A DNA stretch of 64,000 bases from an uncultured Bacteroidota bacterium (GTDB lineage: Bacteria; Bacteroidota; Bacteroidia; Bacteroidales; SZUA-534): the NCBI GenBank assembly GCA_946404125.1, contig CAMJCK010000011.1:5932-69931 (forward strand), read 5' to 3'. The notes below the pieces were generated by a model. The model was not told where the DNA came from. It did no database searches and saw only the letters and a list, made by a program, of their open reading frames with translations. A program made the translations under genes and the position numbers. This document shows, piece by piece, positions 17,374-27,363 of this stretch; the first letter of the stretch is position 1, and every line of letters starts with the position of its first letter.

Positions 17374-18795
17374 ATGAAAAAACAACTTCTGCTGATTGCA
17401 ACTGCCTTGTTTGCTGTTGGTTGCGCACAAAAATCCGATTACGAATGCCGATTCACTCTGAATGGCGAAACACATTTGACACTCAACTTCACAAACGTGA
17501 ATACACCCAAAACGTTCAATTTTTTCTACAATCAATCGTTCCCATTGGACCAACACAGATATACATTTCGCGTCGAGAGTGATACGACATTTGAATACAT
17601 CTTGCCACTGAACCATCCGGCTGAAGCGATATGCTATTGCGACAATATTGAATTCAATATGTTTTTGGTTCAAAACGAACCACTTACGGCGAATGTGAAT
17701 TTTGCAAACAGCGAAGTTACTTTCGAAGGATTCACGAAACAGATTTGCTACTATCTGTCAAATAATCCAACATGGTTGTATGAAGATTTTGAAAATGACG
17801 AATCGTGCTTTACAAAAATTGATTCGAGATACGCTGATAAACAAAAAAGCCTTGATTCAGCTTACACCGCCGGCTTAATACCCAAATGGTTCCGCGATTT
17901 TCAAACCGATAATCTATCATTCTATAAAGTTTTTTTTAAACAGGGTTATGCTAATGAGGATTTAAACAAAATGGGCATTTTAAGAAAAAATGAGCCAATT
18001 CGTGAAAGCCAATATTATTGGGCAGACGATTACATAAACTTCCTATGTATGTTCAGTGCACCACGATTCGACACGCTTTTAGGACAAAACGTCAACAATG
18101 AAGTATTTTATGAATATGTTCAAGACAACATCAACACCGTTAAAAGCAATCTGTCTGAAGAAATCACATCATACTTTACGGCTTCGCGGCTGTCGAACTA
18201 TTTGATTTTTTTACAAAAAGCACATAACCAATCGGAATACAATGAGAAGAACAAATATCTAAACAGGTTGATTGAAGCCAATTCGAGCCTGATAAAAGAC
18301 ACAGCTCTGCTCAACTATGTCACTACAGAACAAGCAAACACCTACAACGAATTACTTGCTAAAAAAATGCTGAAAAAAGGCGACAAAGCCCCTAATTTCT
18401 ACCTTAAAAATCTTGACAATGAATCAGTTTCGCTTTCAAATTTTGCTGACAAATTGGTGCTACTCAATTTTTGGAATACTCATTGTGAAGGATGCATAGC
18501 CAGAACTCCACAAAAAAACGCACTTGTTGAGAAATACGGGAAACAAGGGTTCGAACTTGTCAATATCTGCCTTGAAGATGCTCCAGAAGCCTGCCAACAG
18601 ATTGTAAAAGACAACAATGCGTTAGGCAGTCATTTAATTTGCAAGGGAAAATGGGCTCAAAACTTGCATGACAGTTATTGGATAACCGGTGTTGCGCATT
18701 ATACTTTGATTGACCGTAATGGACTTATTATAAAAAATCGCATCGAATCGGACTCAATTGAATATTACATCAAGAAATACATCTCGGTGAAATAG
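17374..18795 (+). CDS. Lipoprotein with C-terminal TlpA/redoxin (thioredoxin-like) domain
   Basis: Lipobox FAVGC; GDKAPNF, LLNFWNTHCEGC CxxC motif; AT-rich. Confidence 0.8.
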   Translation: MKKQLLLIATALFAVGCAQKSDYECRFTLNGETHLTLNFTNVNTPKTFNFFYNQSFPLDQHRYTFRVESDTTFEYILPLNHPAEAICYCDNIEFNMFLVQNEPLTANVNFANSEVTFEGFTKQICYYLSNNPTWLYEDFENDESCFTKIDSRYADKQKSLDSAYTAGLIPKWFRDFQTDNLSFYKVFFKQGYANEDLNKMGILRKNEPIRESQYYWADDYINFLCMFSAPRFDTLLGQNVNNEVFYEYVQDNINTVKSNLSEEITSYFTASRLSNYLIFLQKAHNQSEYNEKNKYLNRLIEANSSLIKDTALLNYVTTEQANTYNELLAKKMLKKGDKAPNFYLKNLDNESVSLSNFADKLVLLNFWNTHCEGCIARTPQKNALVEKYGKQGFELVNICLEDAPEACQQIVKDNNALGSHLICKGKWAQNLHDSYWITGVAHYTLIDRNGLIIKNRIESDSIEYYIKKYISVK

Positions 18796-18828
18796 TCACG
18801 AAACAGCCATAAAACTTGTTGGCGGGGG

Positions 18829-19317
18829 CTATTCCCCCTCAACCTTGCACTCGCGGAAGTTCATTTCGGCTTGCGCTTTCTCGCGCGGCATAGTGAAATA
18901 GGTGCAAGTGGCTTCGGTGCAGACAACGCCTTCGCTGTCGGCAATTTGCGCATCGATAATGACAATATTGCGACGCTGCTCACGAATGTGGCCGCTAATG
19001 GTTATCTTGCCCTTGCTGATTAGCACAGGCTTGCGGTAGCGAGTCTCCATCTTCGAAGTTACGCCAGCCGTCTGCAGTTTGCGCGAAACCACCCAACCGC
19101 AGAGTTCGTCGAGCAAAGTGGCCTGAATGCCGCCGTGCAGCGTGTCGAGCCAACTCTGATAGTTGGTGTTCGGCTGCCACTCGGACACAATGTTGTCGCC
19201 GTCCTCGAAGAAGCAAAGGTGAAGGCCGAACGGGTTGTCGGGTGAGCATCCGAAGCAGTTGTACTTGGCCATTGTCGCCCAAGGGTTTATAATGCGTTTT
19301 AAATCCATATTATTCAT
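18829..19317 (-). CDS. PaaI family (hotdog-fold) thioesterase
   Basis: CFGCSPDNPFGL, LHGGIQATLLDE motifs. Confidence 0.88.
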   Translation of the reverse strand: MNNMDLKRIINPWATMAKYNCFGCSPDNPFGLHLCFFEDGDNIVSEWQPNTNYQSWLDTLHGGIQATLLDELCGWVVSRKLQTAGVTSKMETRYRKPVLISKGKITISGHIREQRRNIVIIDAQIADSEGVVCTEATCTYFTMPREKAQAEMNFRECKVEGE

Positions 19318-19440
19318 TTACAATCGTTTGTATATTATTTCTCTATGGCGTTAATGAGAGAAAACGCCGCCACATCTTCACAAAAAGAGTACCAATTTTG
19401 AGAAAGAAAAAGGCGACAGACTGATAAAAAACTGATATTA

Positions 19441-19640
19441 ACCACGGAACACACGAAAAACACGGAAACAATAAAAAACGGCAATCGAACAAGTTCAATT
19501 GCCTACTTAAAACACGGAATTGAAAATTCAAGTTCTGAACTTTCTCATTATATTAAGGTTTTAACCTTAATATAATGCTTATTTATAATACATTACGTGT
19601 GTATTGTAATCATTTCCGTGTTTTCTGTGCTTTCCGTGGT
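19441..19640. repeat. MITE/REP-like element: 28-bp imperfect terminal inverted repeats with internal palindromes
   Basis: 19441-19468 vs reverse complement of 19613-19640: 24/28 identical. Internal hairpin with perfect 15-bp arms at 19546-19577. Confidence 0.7.
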
Positions 19641-19739
19641 GAAAAATAAGTTCAGTGAGAATCATAGCCAAGAAAAAATGTGGAATCTTCTGAAAAATTG
19701 GTTTTTAGAATCAATTCTATTGTAAATTCGCAACCGACA

Positions 19740-20216
19740 ATGGAACGATTGCGAAAATACGCTACAATATTGACACTCATACTGTTGAGTGGCTACATTG
19801 TTTGTCTGTTTACCGACGATTTCGACAACACGGCATTTGCACAAACCGAAATGCAGATTAGCGCAGAATTCGACAATGACGATTTTGACGACGACGGGAC
19901 CGACGATTTCTGCATCAGCCGTCCCACAACTTCGCAACGCATATCAAACACTTTGAACTGCAACGTTTTATGCGGTAAAGAGCAGACTGCGGCAAAGCGC
20001 TCATCGGTGCAAATGTCGGGACTGACGCACAGCCTGGCGCCCAACAAAAGCAACAGCTCGGCCTCATATTATTCTGAAATTAAAGGTGGTGTGGACTGCG
20101 GTTCGCACCATATTTTTTTATATCAATTCATTAACTTAAAATTTTTACACAATGAGAAAGTTTTTTTCAATTGCGTTTTTGGTGCTGGCTTTCGCACTAA
20201 ACGCGTGTTCGGGTGA
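19740..20216 (+). CDS. Hypothetical protein with N-terminal hydrophobic segment and acidic patch (doubtful 3' end)
   Basis: ATG at 19740, signal-like N-terminus; overlaps the next gene by 65 nt. Confidence 0.35.
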   Translation: MERLRKYATILTLILLSGYIVCLFTDDFDNTAFAQTEMQISAEFDNDDFDDDGTDDFCISRPTTSQRISNTLNCNVLCGKEQTAAKRSSVQMSGLTHSLAPNKSNSSASYYSEIKGGVDCGSHHIFLYQFINLKFLHNEKVFFNCVFGAGFRTKRVFG

Positions 20217-20586
20217 GCGCAAAGGCAGTTTCGAGCAATTGCCGAAAGGCGCGCAAGAGATTATTGTTCAGCATTTTGACAAGACGGGAATCGCATCTGT
20301 CAAAATCGATAACGACGACAGGGCAACTGAATACGAAGTGCGTTTTGCCAACGGCGCCGAAGTGGATTTCGACCAAGACGGCAATCTGAAAAAGATTGAA
20401 TGCAAGCCGAATCCTGTGCCTGAAGCGCTGATTGCGAACGAGATTGTGGCTTACGTGAAGGACAACTACCCATCGAGCCTGATTGTGGAATGGGAAAAAG
20501 AGAAGAAGGGCTCGAAAGTTGAGTTGAGCAACGGCGTTGAACTCATTTTCAACAACTTAAATCAGTTTATAGGAATCGATAAATAA
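20152..20586 (+). CDS. PepSY-like (BLIP-like) domain lipoprotein
   Basis: Lipobox LNAC; LPKGAQ..I..HF, YEVRF.NG.EVDFD..G repeats. Confidence 0.82.
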   Translation: MRKFFSIAFLVLAFALNACSGERKGSFEQLPKGAQEIIVQHFDKTGIASVKIDNDDRATEYEVRFANGAEVDFDQDGNLKKIECKPNPVPEALIANEIVAYVKDNYPSSLIVEWEKEKKGSKVELSNGVELIFNNLNQFIGIDK

Positions 20587-20591
20587 CAGAC

Positions 20592-20625
20592 AGGCTGTGC
20601 GGCAACGTACAGCCTTCATTTTTTT
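20592..20625 (+). terminator. Terminator-like hairpin
   Basis: AGGCTGTGCG-GCAA-CGTACAGCCT followed by a T-rich tail. Confidence 0.55.
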
Positions 20626-20630
20626 GTAAT

Positions 20631-22319
20631 ATGGATATTATCAGCATTTTAACGGCCATTCTCACACTCTTGGCGGGCATCGGTGTTTTTCTGATTGCCT
20701 GCAATGTTATGAGCACCCATCTTGAGAATGCGAGCAGTCATAGTTTGAAACGCCTTTTTGCCAAAACGGGCAAGAGCAAATGGCTGGGCGTCGGCATTGG
20801 AACGGTTGGCACGGCGGCCATTCAAAGTTCTGGCGCAGTGACGGTTATGGTCATCGGTTTTGTCAATGTGGGCATAATGTCGCTGGCACAGGCGGCCACG
20901 ATAATCTACGGCGCCAACATCGGCACGACCGTTACAGCGCAGATTGTGGCGCTGGGTATGTTCGGCGGCAACAGCCTGTCGACAACCGTCATTTTCTCGG
21001 CGTTTATGGGCATTGGCGTTTTTATGGCAATGTTCGGCAAACGCGAGCGGCTGAAGTTGTGCGGCAACATTCTGGCTGGCTTCGGCTTGCTGTTTGTGGG
21101 CCTGCACACAATGTCGAACGCTATGGACGACTTTGCCTCGCTCGACTCGGTTAAAATGTTTCTGGCGAGCATCGGTAACCCGCTGATTCTGGTGCTGATA
21201 GGCACGCTGCTCACGGCCATAATCCAATCGTCGTCGGTGCTGACATCGATAGTTATCACAATGGTTTTCAGCGGACTTATCAACCTCAACCAAGGCATCT
21301 ACCTGACAATGGGCTCGAACATCGGCTCGTGCGTGGTGGCCATAATTGCGGCCATCGGCAGCGGCACCAACGCCCGCCGCACCGCCCTGCTGCACCTTGT
21401 GTTCAATGTTATGGGCGTGGTGCTATTCCTGCTTATCGCACTGACACTCAATTTGTTCTCGAAGTCGGCTGTTGATTTCGGACGAATTTTCGAGACATTC
21501 TTTCCGCACGCGCCGCAACTGCAACTGGCAATGTTCCACACCATTTTCAACGTCTGCACAATGCTGGTCGCCCTGCCGCTGACCGAGCGCCTTGTGAGCC
21601 TCGTCTGCCGCATAATTCCCGACGCGCCGAGTGCCGAAAACGCCGACAAGCCGCATCTCTACTTCCTCGACGAGACAATGCTGCGCACGCCGATTATGGC
21701 TGTCAGGCAGTTGAAGGCCGAAATTGAGAATATGGCCGATATGGCTGTCAGAAATTTCCAACTGTCAATCGAGATTGTTACTCAGTTGGATTTCAAGCAT
21801 TTAGAACGATTTAAAAAGACCGAGAGCGAACTCAACTTTCTGAACAGCGAAATCACTCGCTACGTGGTTGCGCTGTCGGGCAAGCCAATGAGCGATTTCG
21901 ACAATAAGTTCCTGAATTCGAGCATCAAAAGTGCGAGCGACCTTGAGCGCATCGGCGATTATGCGGTGAACATTGTGGAATACGCCACCAATCTGAAACA
22001 GCAGGAAGCGTCGTTTTCGGCGGCGGCCATAAGTGAGATTGCCGAAATGAACGGGCTGATTGCCGATTTGTACAAAGAGATTAAAACGGCTTTTCACGAC
22101 CACGATTTTGCGGCTCTTGAAAGGGCTAATCTGATTGAAGACAAGATAGATAGCATCACATTACGAATGGAAAGCAACCATATTGAGCGGCTTGTGGCGG
22201 GCGAATGCAGGCCGCAGGTTGGCGCCGAATATATCTCGCTTGCGCAAAACTCCGAGCGCGTTGCCGACCACTTGATAAATGTTGGCAAGAGTATTAGGAA
22301 GTTTGCACAGGAAACCTAA
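20631..22319 (+). CDS. Na+/phosphate cotransporter (NptA/YjbB) with PhoU-like C-terminus
   Basis: Duplicated QSS and GANIG/GSNIG motifs; DLERIGDYAVNI and ERVADH PhoU motifs. Confidence 0.92.
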   Translation: MDIISILTAILTLLAGIGVFLIACNVMSTHLENASSHSLKRLFAKTGKSKWLGVGIGTVGTAAIQSSGAVTVMVIGFVNVGIMSLAQAATIIYGANIGTTVTAQIVALGMFGGNSLSTTVIFSAFMGIGVFMAMFGKRERLKLCGNILAGFGLLFVGLHTMSNAMDDFASLDSVKMFLASIGNPLILVLIGTLLTAIIQSSSVLTSIVITMVFSGLINLNQGIYLTMGSNIGSCVVAIIAAIGSGTNARRTALLHLVFNVMGVVLFLLIALTLNLFSKSAVDFGRIFETFFPHAPQLQLAMFHTIFNVCTMLVALPLTERLVSLVCRIIPDAPSAENADKPHLYFLDETMLRTPIMAVRQLKAEIENMADMAVRNFQLSIEIVTQLDFKHLERFKKTESELNFLNSEITRYVVALSGKPMSDFDNKFLNSSIKSASDLERIGDYAVNIVEYATNLKQQEASFSAAAISEIAEMNGLIADLYKEIKTAFHDHDFAALERANLIEDKIDSITLRMESNHIERLVAGECRPQVGAEYISLAQNSERVADHLINVGKSIRKFAQET

Positions 22320-22320
22320 A

Positions 22321-24513
22321 TCACAACTTCTCCAGCACAAATCGTAACATCTTGTTATACAGGTGCCAACGCGTGTTGCCGCCGTAAATGCTGTGGTTGC
22401 GGTTGGTGTAGACGAAATAGTCGAACTGCTTGTCGGCCTGAACCAACGCCTCGCACATTTCGGCCGAGTTTTGCCAATGCACATTGTCGTCGGCACTGCC
22501 GTGAATGAGCAGCAGATTGCCCTGTAAATCAGCGGCGTGCGTGATTGGAGAGTTAAGGTCGTAGCCGTCGGCGTTCACTTGCGGCGTGCGCATAAAACGC
22601 TCGGTGTAGATATTGTCGTAGTAGCGCCAGTTGGTGACGGGCGCAACCGCAATGCCAGCCTTGAAGGTGCCGTTGCCTTGCGTCAGGCAGTTGAGCACCA
22701 TAAAACCGCCGAAACTCCAGCCCCAAATGCCAACGCGGTCGGCAGCAACGTATGGCAGCGATTTCAGATAACGGTCGGCGGCGAGTTGGTCGGCGAGTTC
22801 GTATTTGCCTAACTGCAAATAAGTTACCTTTCGGAAAGCCTCGCCACGCGCGCCTGTTCCGCGGCCGTCGCAGCAGAAAACAATGTAGCCGTTGGCGGCC
22901 AGCACTTGCTCCCAGCCAGCATCGAACTGATTGAGAACCTGCTGAGAGTTTGGACCGCTATATTGTACCATCAGCACGGGATATTGCTTTGCAGGATTGA
23001 AATCGTGCGGCTTTATCATCCACGCATTCAGGCTGATACCTTCGTCGGTGGTGAATTGCAGAAATTCCTTCGGGCAGAACTGACGGCTTTTCAACGTGTC
23101 GGCAAGGGCGGCGTTATCCTCCAGAACACGCAACTGCTTGCCACAACGTTCGTGCAGAGTGTAAATGGTTGGTGTAGAAGCATTTGAAAATTCGCTAATG
23201 TAATATTTGAAGCCTTTGCTGAAAACAAAATCATTGGTTCCCAACTGCCTGCTTAACAATGTTTTGGCCGTGCCATTGGCTTTTACCGAATAGACATCGC
23301 GGTTTGGCGCTCCGCGCTCTGCGCTTTGGTAGAAAATGGTGTTGGTGCGCTCGTCAAATCCGTAGAAATCAGTAACATCCCACTCGCCTTTGGTAACCTG
23401 ATTGAGCAGCGTGCCGTCGGCTTTGTGCAGATAAATGTGGCTCCAGCCGTCGCGCTCGCTCATTATCAAGAACTTAGAACCGTCGGCATTGAATGTCAGA
23501 TAGTCGAAAAACGACTCGTCGATATACCACTTATTTTGCTCATTGTAAAACACTTGCGTGGTTCCGTCGGCGGGATTGGCGTAGAGCAGTTCAAGGTGGT
23601 TCTGCAAGCGGTTCAGCCTGTAAACCACCAATTTACCCGCAGGACTCCAGGTTATGCGCGGAATGTATTGGTCGGTCTCCGCACCAACATCGATTTGAGT
23701 CTTGTGGCCATCGGAAAACGAATAGTTCCAGACAGTTACAACCGAATTGGCCTCGCCAGCCTTGGGGTATTTGTATGAATAGGTCGACGGGTAGAGTGCG
23801 TTTTCAGCCTTGCGCGGCGCTTGGCCAGCAAAAACCGAGAATCCATAAGTGCGCACCGCCGACTCGTCGAAGCGGCACCACGCCAGATTGTGGCTGTCGG
23901 GTGACCAGCAGAAGGCGCGATTGTACTCAAACTCCTCCTCGTAAACCCAGTCGGGAATGCCGTTGATTATCTTGTTGAACTCGCCGTCGGTTGTAATCTG
24001 CGTCTCCGAACCGTTGGCCAAATTTCTGACATACAGGTTGTTGCCGCTAACATACGCCACCATTGTGCCATCGGGCGACAGTGTCGCCACTTGCTGACGG
24101 CGGCTGTCGGACACGGCCGTGAGTTTCTTGGCGGCAACGTCCCAAACGTGGTAATTGGCTGTAAATGAGCGTCGATAGATATTCTGCCGATTGGTGTAGA
24201 AAAGGATTTTCCGCTCATCGGCACTGAATCTGAAGTTCGACAAATAGTTTATCGTGCTGTCGCCAAACTGCTCCACCGTGGCCAATGTAGCCACTTTTTC
24301 GCCAGTCTTGTAACTGTATTTTGCTATCGCCAAACCATCCTCAATAACAGCATAATGCAGCCCGTCGCTCATCGGGGTGATAGCGTCAATGCCGTTCTCG
24401 TAGAACGTGCCTTTTCTCATTATGTCATCGAGAGTGATTTTTGTTACTTCCGATTGGCATATAGCATTGGTTGTCAGTAGAATAAATGCAAAAACAAATG
24501 ATAAACCTTTCAT
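22321..24513 (-). CDS. Dipeptidyl peptidase IV (S9B)
   Basis: DWVYEEE, GWSFGG nucleophile, HGSADDNVH, NHSI; signal peptide from MKGLSF. Confidence 0.93.
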   Translation of the reverse strand: MKGLSFVFAFILLTTNAICQSEVTKITLDDIMRKGTFYENGIDAITPMSDGLHYAVIEDGLAIAKYSYKTGEKVATLATVEQFGDSTINYLSNFRFSADERKILFYTNRQNIYRRSFTANYHVWDVAAKKLTAVSDSRRQQVATLSPDGTMVAYVSGNNLYVRNLANGSETQITTDGEFNKIINGIPDWVYEEEFEYNRAFCWSPDSHNLAWCRFDESAVRTYGFSVFAGQAPRKAENALYPSTYSYKYPKAGEANSVVTVWNYSFSDGHKTQIDVGAETDQYIPRITWSPAGKLVVYRLNRLQNHLELLYANPADGTTQVFYNEQNKWYIDESFFDYLTFNADGSKFLIMSERDGWSHIYLHKADGTLLNQVTKGEWDVTDFYGFDERTNTIFYQSAERGAPNRDVYSVKANGTAKTLLSRQLGTNDFVFSKGFKYYISEFSNASTPTIYTLHERCGKQLRVLEDNAALADTLKSRQFCPKEFLQFTTDEGISLNAWMIKPHDFNPAKQYPVLMVQYSGPNSQQVLNQFDAGWEQVLAANGYIVFCCDGRGTGARGEAFRKVTYLQLGKYELADQLAADRYLKSLPYVAADRVGIWGWSFGGFMVLNCLTQGNGTFKAGIAVAPVTNWRYYDNIYTERFMRTPQVNADGYDLNSPITHAADLQGNLLLIHGSADDNVHWQNSAEMCEALVQADKQFDYFVYTNRNHSIYGGNTRWHLYNKMLRFVLEKL

Positions 24514-24583
24514 TGTATTAGTGTTAAAAGCCTTCAAAACAAAAGCAGTACAAGGTTGTAAGAATTTTTGTCTTTATAAAATG

Positions 24584-24612
24584 AAAAAGGCCGTCTTTAC
24601 CGACAGCCTTTT
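24584..24612 (-). terminator. Rho-independent terminator of the redoxin gene
   Basis: AAAAAGGCCGTC-TTTACC-GACAGCCTTTT. Confidence 0.6.
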
Positions 24613-24630
24613 ACTATTTGATTATCAACG

Positions 24631-26067
24631 TTATTTCTTCTTATCCTTCCGCGCATACTCGTCATCGAGCACTTTCTCAAGTGTCTCAACATCAATGCGT
24701 TTGGCAATGATTTTCTTGCCACGGTCGAGTAGGTAGATTGACGGTGTGCTGCGAATGTCGTAGAACAGGCGGAATCCCGATTGGTTGTACGGGTCCCAAG
24801 CGTTTATCCAGTTTTCAAGTCCTTGACTTTCAATAAACTTGCCCCATTCTTCCTTGTCGGTTTGGGTGTAAATGCCCATCACCTCAACGCCGCGCTCCCA
24901 GAACTTGTCGGCCAAAGCCTTCATTTTAGGCGTGGCCTTCTTGCAGTGTCCGCACGACGGCTCAAAGAAGAACAAAACAGTGTATTCGGCATTGACGCCC
25001 GAAATGGTTACCGGTTGGTCATCGTAAGTGTATAGCTTTAACTCAACAGCCTGATTTCCAACCTGATTGTAACGCAGTTCCTCGACGCGTTCGCGAAGTT
25101 TCTCGAGCCAAGTCGAATCGGCCCAAGTGGCGCGACCGTTCAGGTAATAGTTGTCGCCAAAAAAGACGAGCACCTTGTCCATACCCATAATGTCGCTGTT
25201 GTTGTACTTGTTGAAGATTGTCTGCAGCAGAAAACGGAACACCTCATCGCAGCCTTCGGCCTTGTCGAGCAGCATTTTGCTCTCCTTGATAATGGTGTCG
25301 GGCGCCTGAAGAATCATCTTCTCGAAATAGCGGTCGATTTTCTTTTGGAAAAATTCCGTACGAAGCAACCTTGCATCCTGAAAATCAACATTATCGAAGA
25401 AGTGTTTCTTGTAGAATTTGTATTGGAATGCCGAGTCGAGCACATTTCCTGCCGAATCGCGCGGAAAGTCGGGAATGTCAATGTCTTTGTTGATACGCAA
25501 AACGGCTGCCAAAAGCGATTTCTGATGGTTGGTTTCAATATCGTCCCAGCGGGCCATAACCTCATTGGAAAGAATCGCCAGACTATCCTTAATTGCCTTT
25601 CCTTCATTGCCTTTCGCTTTGGTCAAGTGTTTGCGCAATTCCAATGCTTTGGCGTTTTGGGCAATCATAAATTGTTGATAGTCAACATACATCTTTACTT
25701 CATCGCTGCCTTCCGACTTCAGATATTTAGTCAAATCGGAAGCATCGCCAGTGAATTTTGTCGAGACGCTGAAATTCTGCTCATTATCAATCATCAGCTC
25801 GAAGATGGTGTTGCCCGGCACAAGCACGAAGTAAATTCCGCCTTCGAGTTTCTTGTCGCCCTTGAACGCGCCGTTGGCCTTCTTGTCGAGTTTGAGAGTG
25901 TCTTTAACATACTGTTTGTCACCAAAATAGTAGCCCAAATAGACGGTGCTGTCGGCCAGGCCGTCGATGTGCACCTTAATGTTGTAGCCGCCATCGGCTT
26001 TGGCAAAACCGCAGCTCAGAACCGCCAGAATCGCCACCAAACAATATTTTATCGACCTCATTTTCAT
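24631..26067 (-). CDS. DUF4369/DUF5106 + thioredoxin-like (redoxin) exported protein
   Basis: Signal peptide; YLGYYFGDKQY, HFFDNVDF.D.RLLRT, FFEPSCGHCKK CxxC, STPSIYLLD. Confidence 0.82.
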   Translation of the reverse strand: MKMRSIKYCLVAILAVLSCGFAKADGGYNIKVHIDGLADSTVYLGYYFGDKQYVKDTLKLDKKANGAFKGDKKLEGGIYFVLVPGNTIFELMIDNEQNFSVSTKFTGDASDLTKYLKSEGSDEVKMYVDYQQFMIAQNAKALELRKHLTKAKGNEGKAIKDSLAILSNEVMARWDDIETNHQKSLLAAVLRINKDIDIPDFPRDSAGNVLDSAFQYKFYKKHFFDNVDFQDARLLRTEFFQKKIDRYFEKMILQAPDTIIKESKMLLDKAEGCDEVFRFLLQTIFNKYNNSDIMGMDKVLVFFGDNYYLNGRATWADSTWLEKLRERVEELRYNQVGNQAVELKLYTYDDQPVTISGVNAEYTVLFFFEPSCGHCKKATPKMKALADKFWERGVEVMGIYTQTDKEEWGKFIESQGLENWINAWDPYNQSGFRLFYDIRSTPSIYLLDRGKKIIAKRIDVETLEKVLDDEYARKDKKK

Positions 26068-26093
26068 TTAGGATTTAGTAATTAGAATTTAGT

Positions 26094-26109
26094 CCCGATA
26101 GCTATCGGG
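26094..26109. repeat. REP-like palindrome CCCGATAGCTATCGGG within a TTAG-heptamer array
   Basis: Perfect 16-bp palindrome; an identical core occurs at 37419-37434. Confidence 0.75.
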
Positions 26110-26186
26110 GTTAGTGTTAGTTTACCTTGTTCTTACCTTTCTCAACTATCAGATAGTCTTTCCTCTAAACTTTCCCCTCTTAACCT

Positions 26187-27203
26187 TTAGAAGTTGTACA
26201 TTATACCAACGCCGGCAATCTCTTTAAATTGTATGCGTTTGCTGAATTTGGTGGTTCCGTCGGGGTTGGTTCCAACAGGCACGTCGATGTCGTCGTCGTA
26301 AATCAAATGCGTTGACACACTGACGGTTATGTACTTGTTCACTTTCATTGCAATTTGGGTTTCCCAGCTTACGTCGATGTTCTGCGGATTGTGCAGATAG
26401 TTCGAGAAGAAGTCGGCTTTCGATGTGATTGACAGGTTTTTAAGAGCCTCAGCCTCAAAGTCGCTCTTGCTGAACAGCAGTCGCAAGTAACCACCGAACT
26501 CACCGCGCGATTTCTTTCCTGATTTTACCAATGTGCGGCTGATAACCAGGCCGGTGGAGTCTGTAATCTCTTTGTATTCAGCAGCATCAACACCGTAAGA
26601 GCCGGCGTCGGCAAGGTCTTGGTCGTTCACAATAGTATATTTAAGTGTGAGCGGAGCCAGGAATGCGCTGAAATAGCTGTTTGGCTTGTAGTCGAGACCG
26701 ATGGCGCCAATTATGTAGGCCGGAGCCAGGAACGACGAAATCTTGTTCTTGGTGCTGTCGTTCACATAGTCGTAACCGTTGGTCATCTGCGATTTGAAGC
26801 TCAGCATTGCCGCGTAGTAGAGCGATTTGTAGGCCTCGTAGCCGTATTTCGACGAGAAATCGATGCGGTCGTCGGTCTTGCGGAAATCATCAACATCGCC
26901 TTGCTTCATAAGACCATAGCCAAGGTCGAGAGTGTTGTCCCACGTGTTTTTGCCTTTTCTGAAGTTGGCGTGAGCGTTGAACGCGCCGTTAATCGATATT
27001 GAATTCTCACCGCCGGCAACCCAGTGCGAGAGCGATGTCTGCGTGGCGTTGAGCGATGCCACACCGCCTAATTTCCATCCTTGAGTTGTGTCGGAATCGT
27101 GACTGCGAAGAGCTTTTTCAGCATCGGTAATTTGTGCCGAGGCAAACTGTGTGCACCCTACAAGTGCCGCAACAGCAATAAATTTTACTTTCATTTTGCA
27201 CAT
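26187..27203 (-). CDS. DUF3078 family outer-membrane beta-barrel protein
   Basis: W..GG..SLN.TQ..L..W.AGG, WDN.L.L.YG, RKTDDRID, FLAPAY; C-terminal YNF. Confidence 0.85.
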   Translation of the reverse strand: MCKMKVKFIAVAALVGCTQFASAQITDAEKALRSHDSDTTQGWKLGGVASLNATQTSLSHWVAGGENSISINGAFNAHANFRKGKNTWDNTLDLGYGLMKQGDVDDFRKTDDRIDFSSKYGYEAYKSLYYAAMLSFKSQMTNGYDYVNDSTKNKISSFLAPAYIIGAIGLDYKPNSYFSAFLAPLTLKYTIVNDQDLADAGSYGVDAAEYKEITDSTGLVISRTLVKSGKKSRGEFGGYLRLLFSKSDFEAEALKNLSITSKADFFSNYLHNPQNIDVSWETQIAMKVNKYITVSVSTHLIYDDDIDVPVGTNPDGTTKFSKRIQFKEIAGVGIMYNF

Positions 27204-27363
27204 ATTTAAAAGATTCCCAAAAATACACACACAAATGATAAATGGCATTGCCGACGTCAAATTTTTCTGACACTTCGGCTATTTGTGAGTCGCATTTTCT
27301 CGCGCAAGCGTTCCAATAACAGAAAAATCACTATCTTACAACTCGAAATTAACATATTGAATT

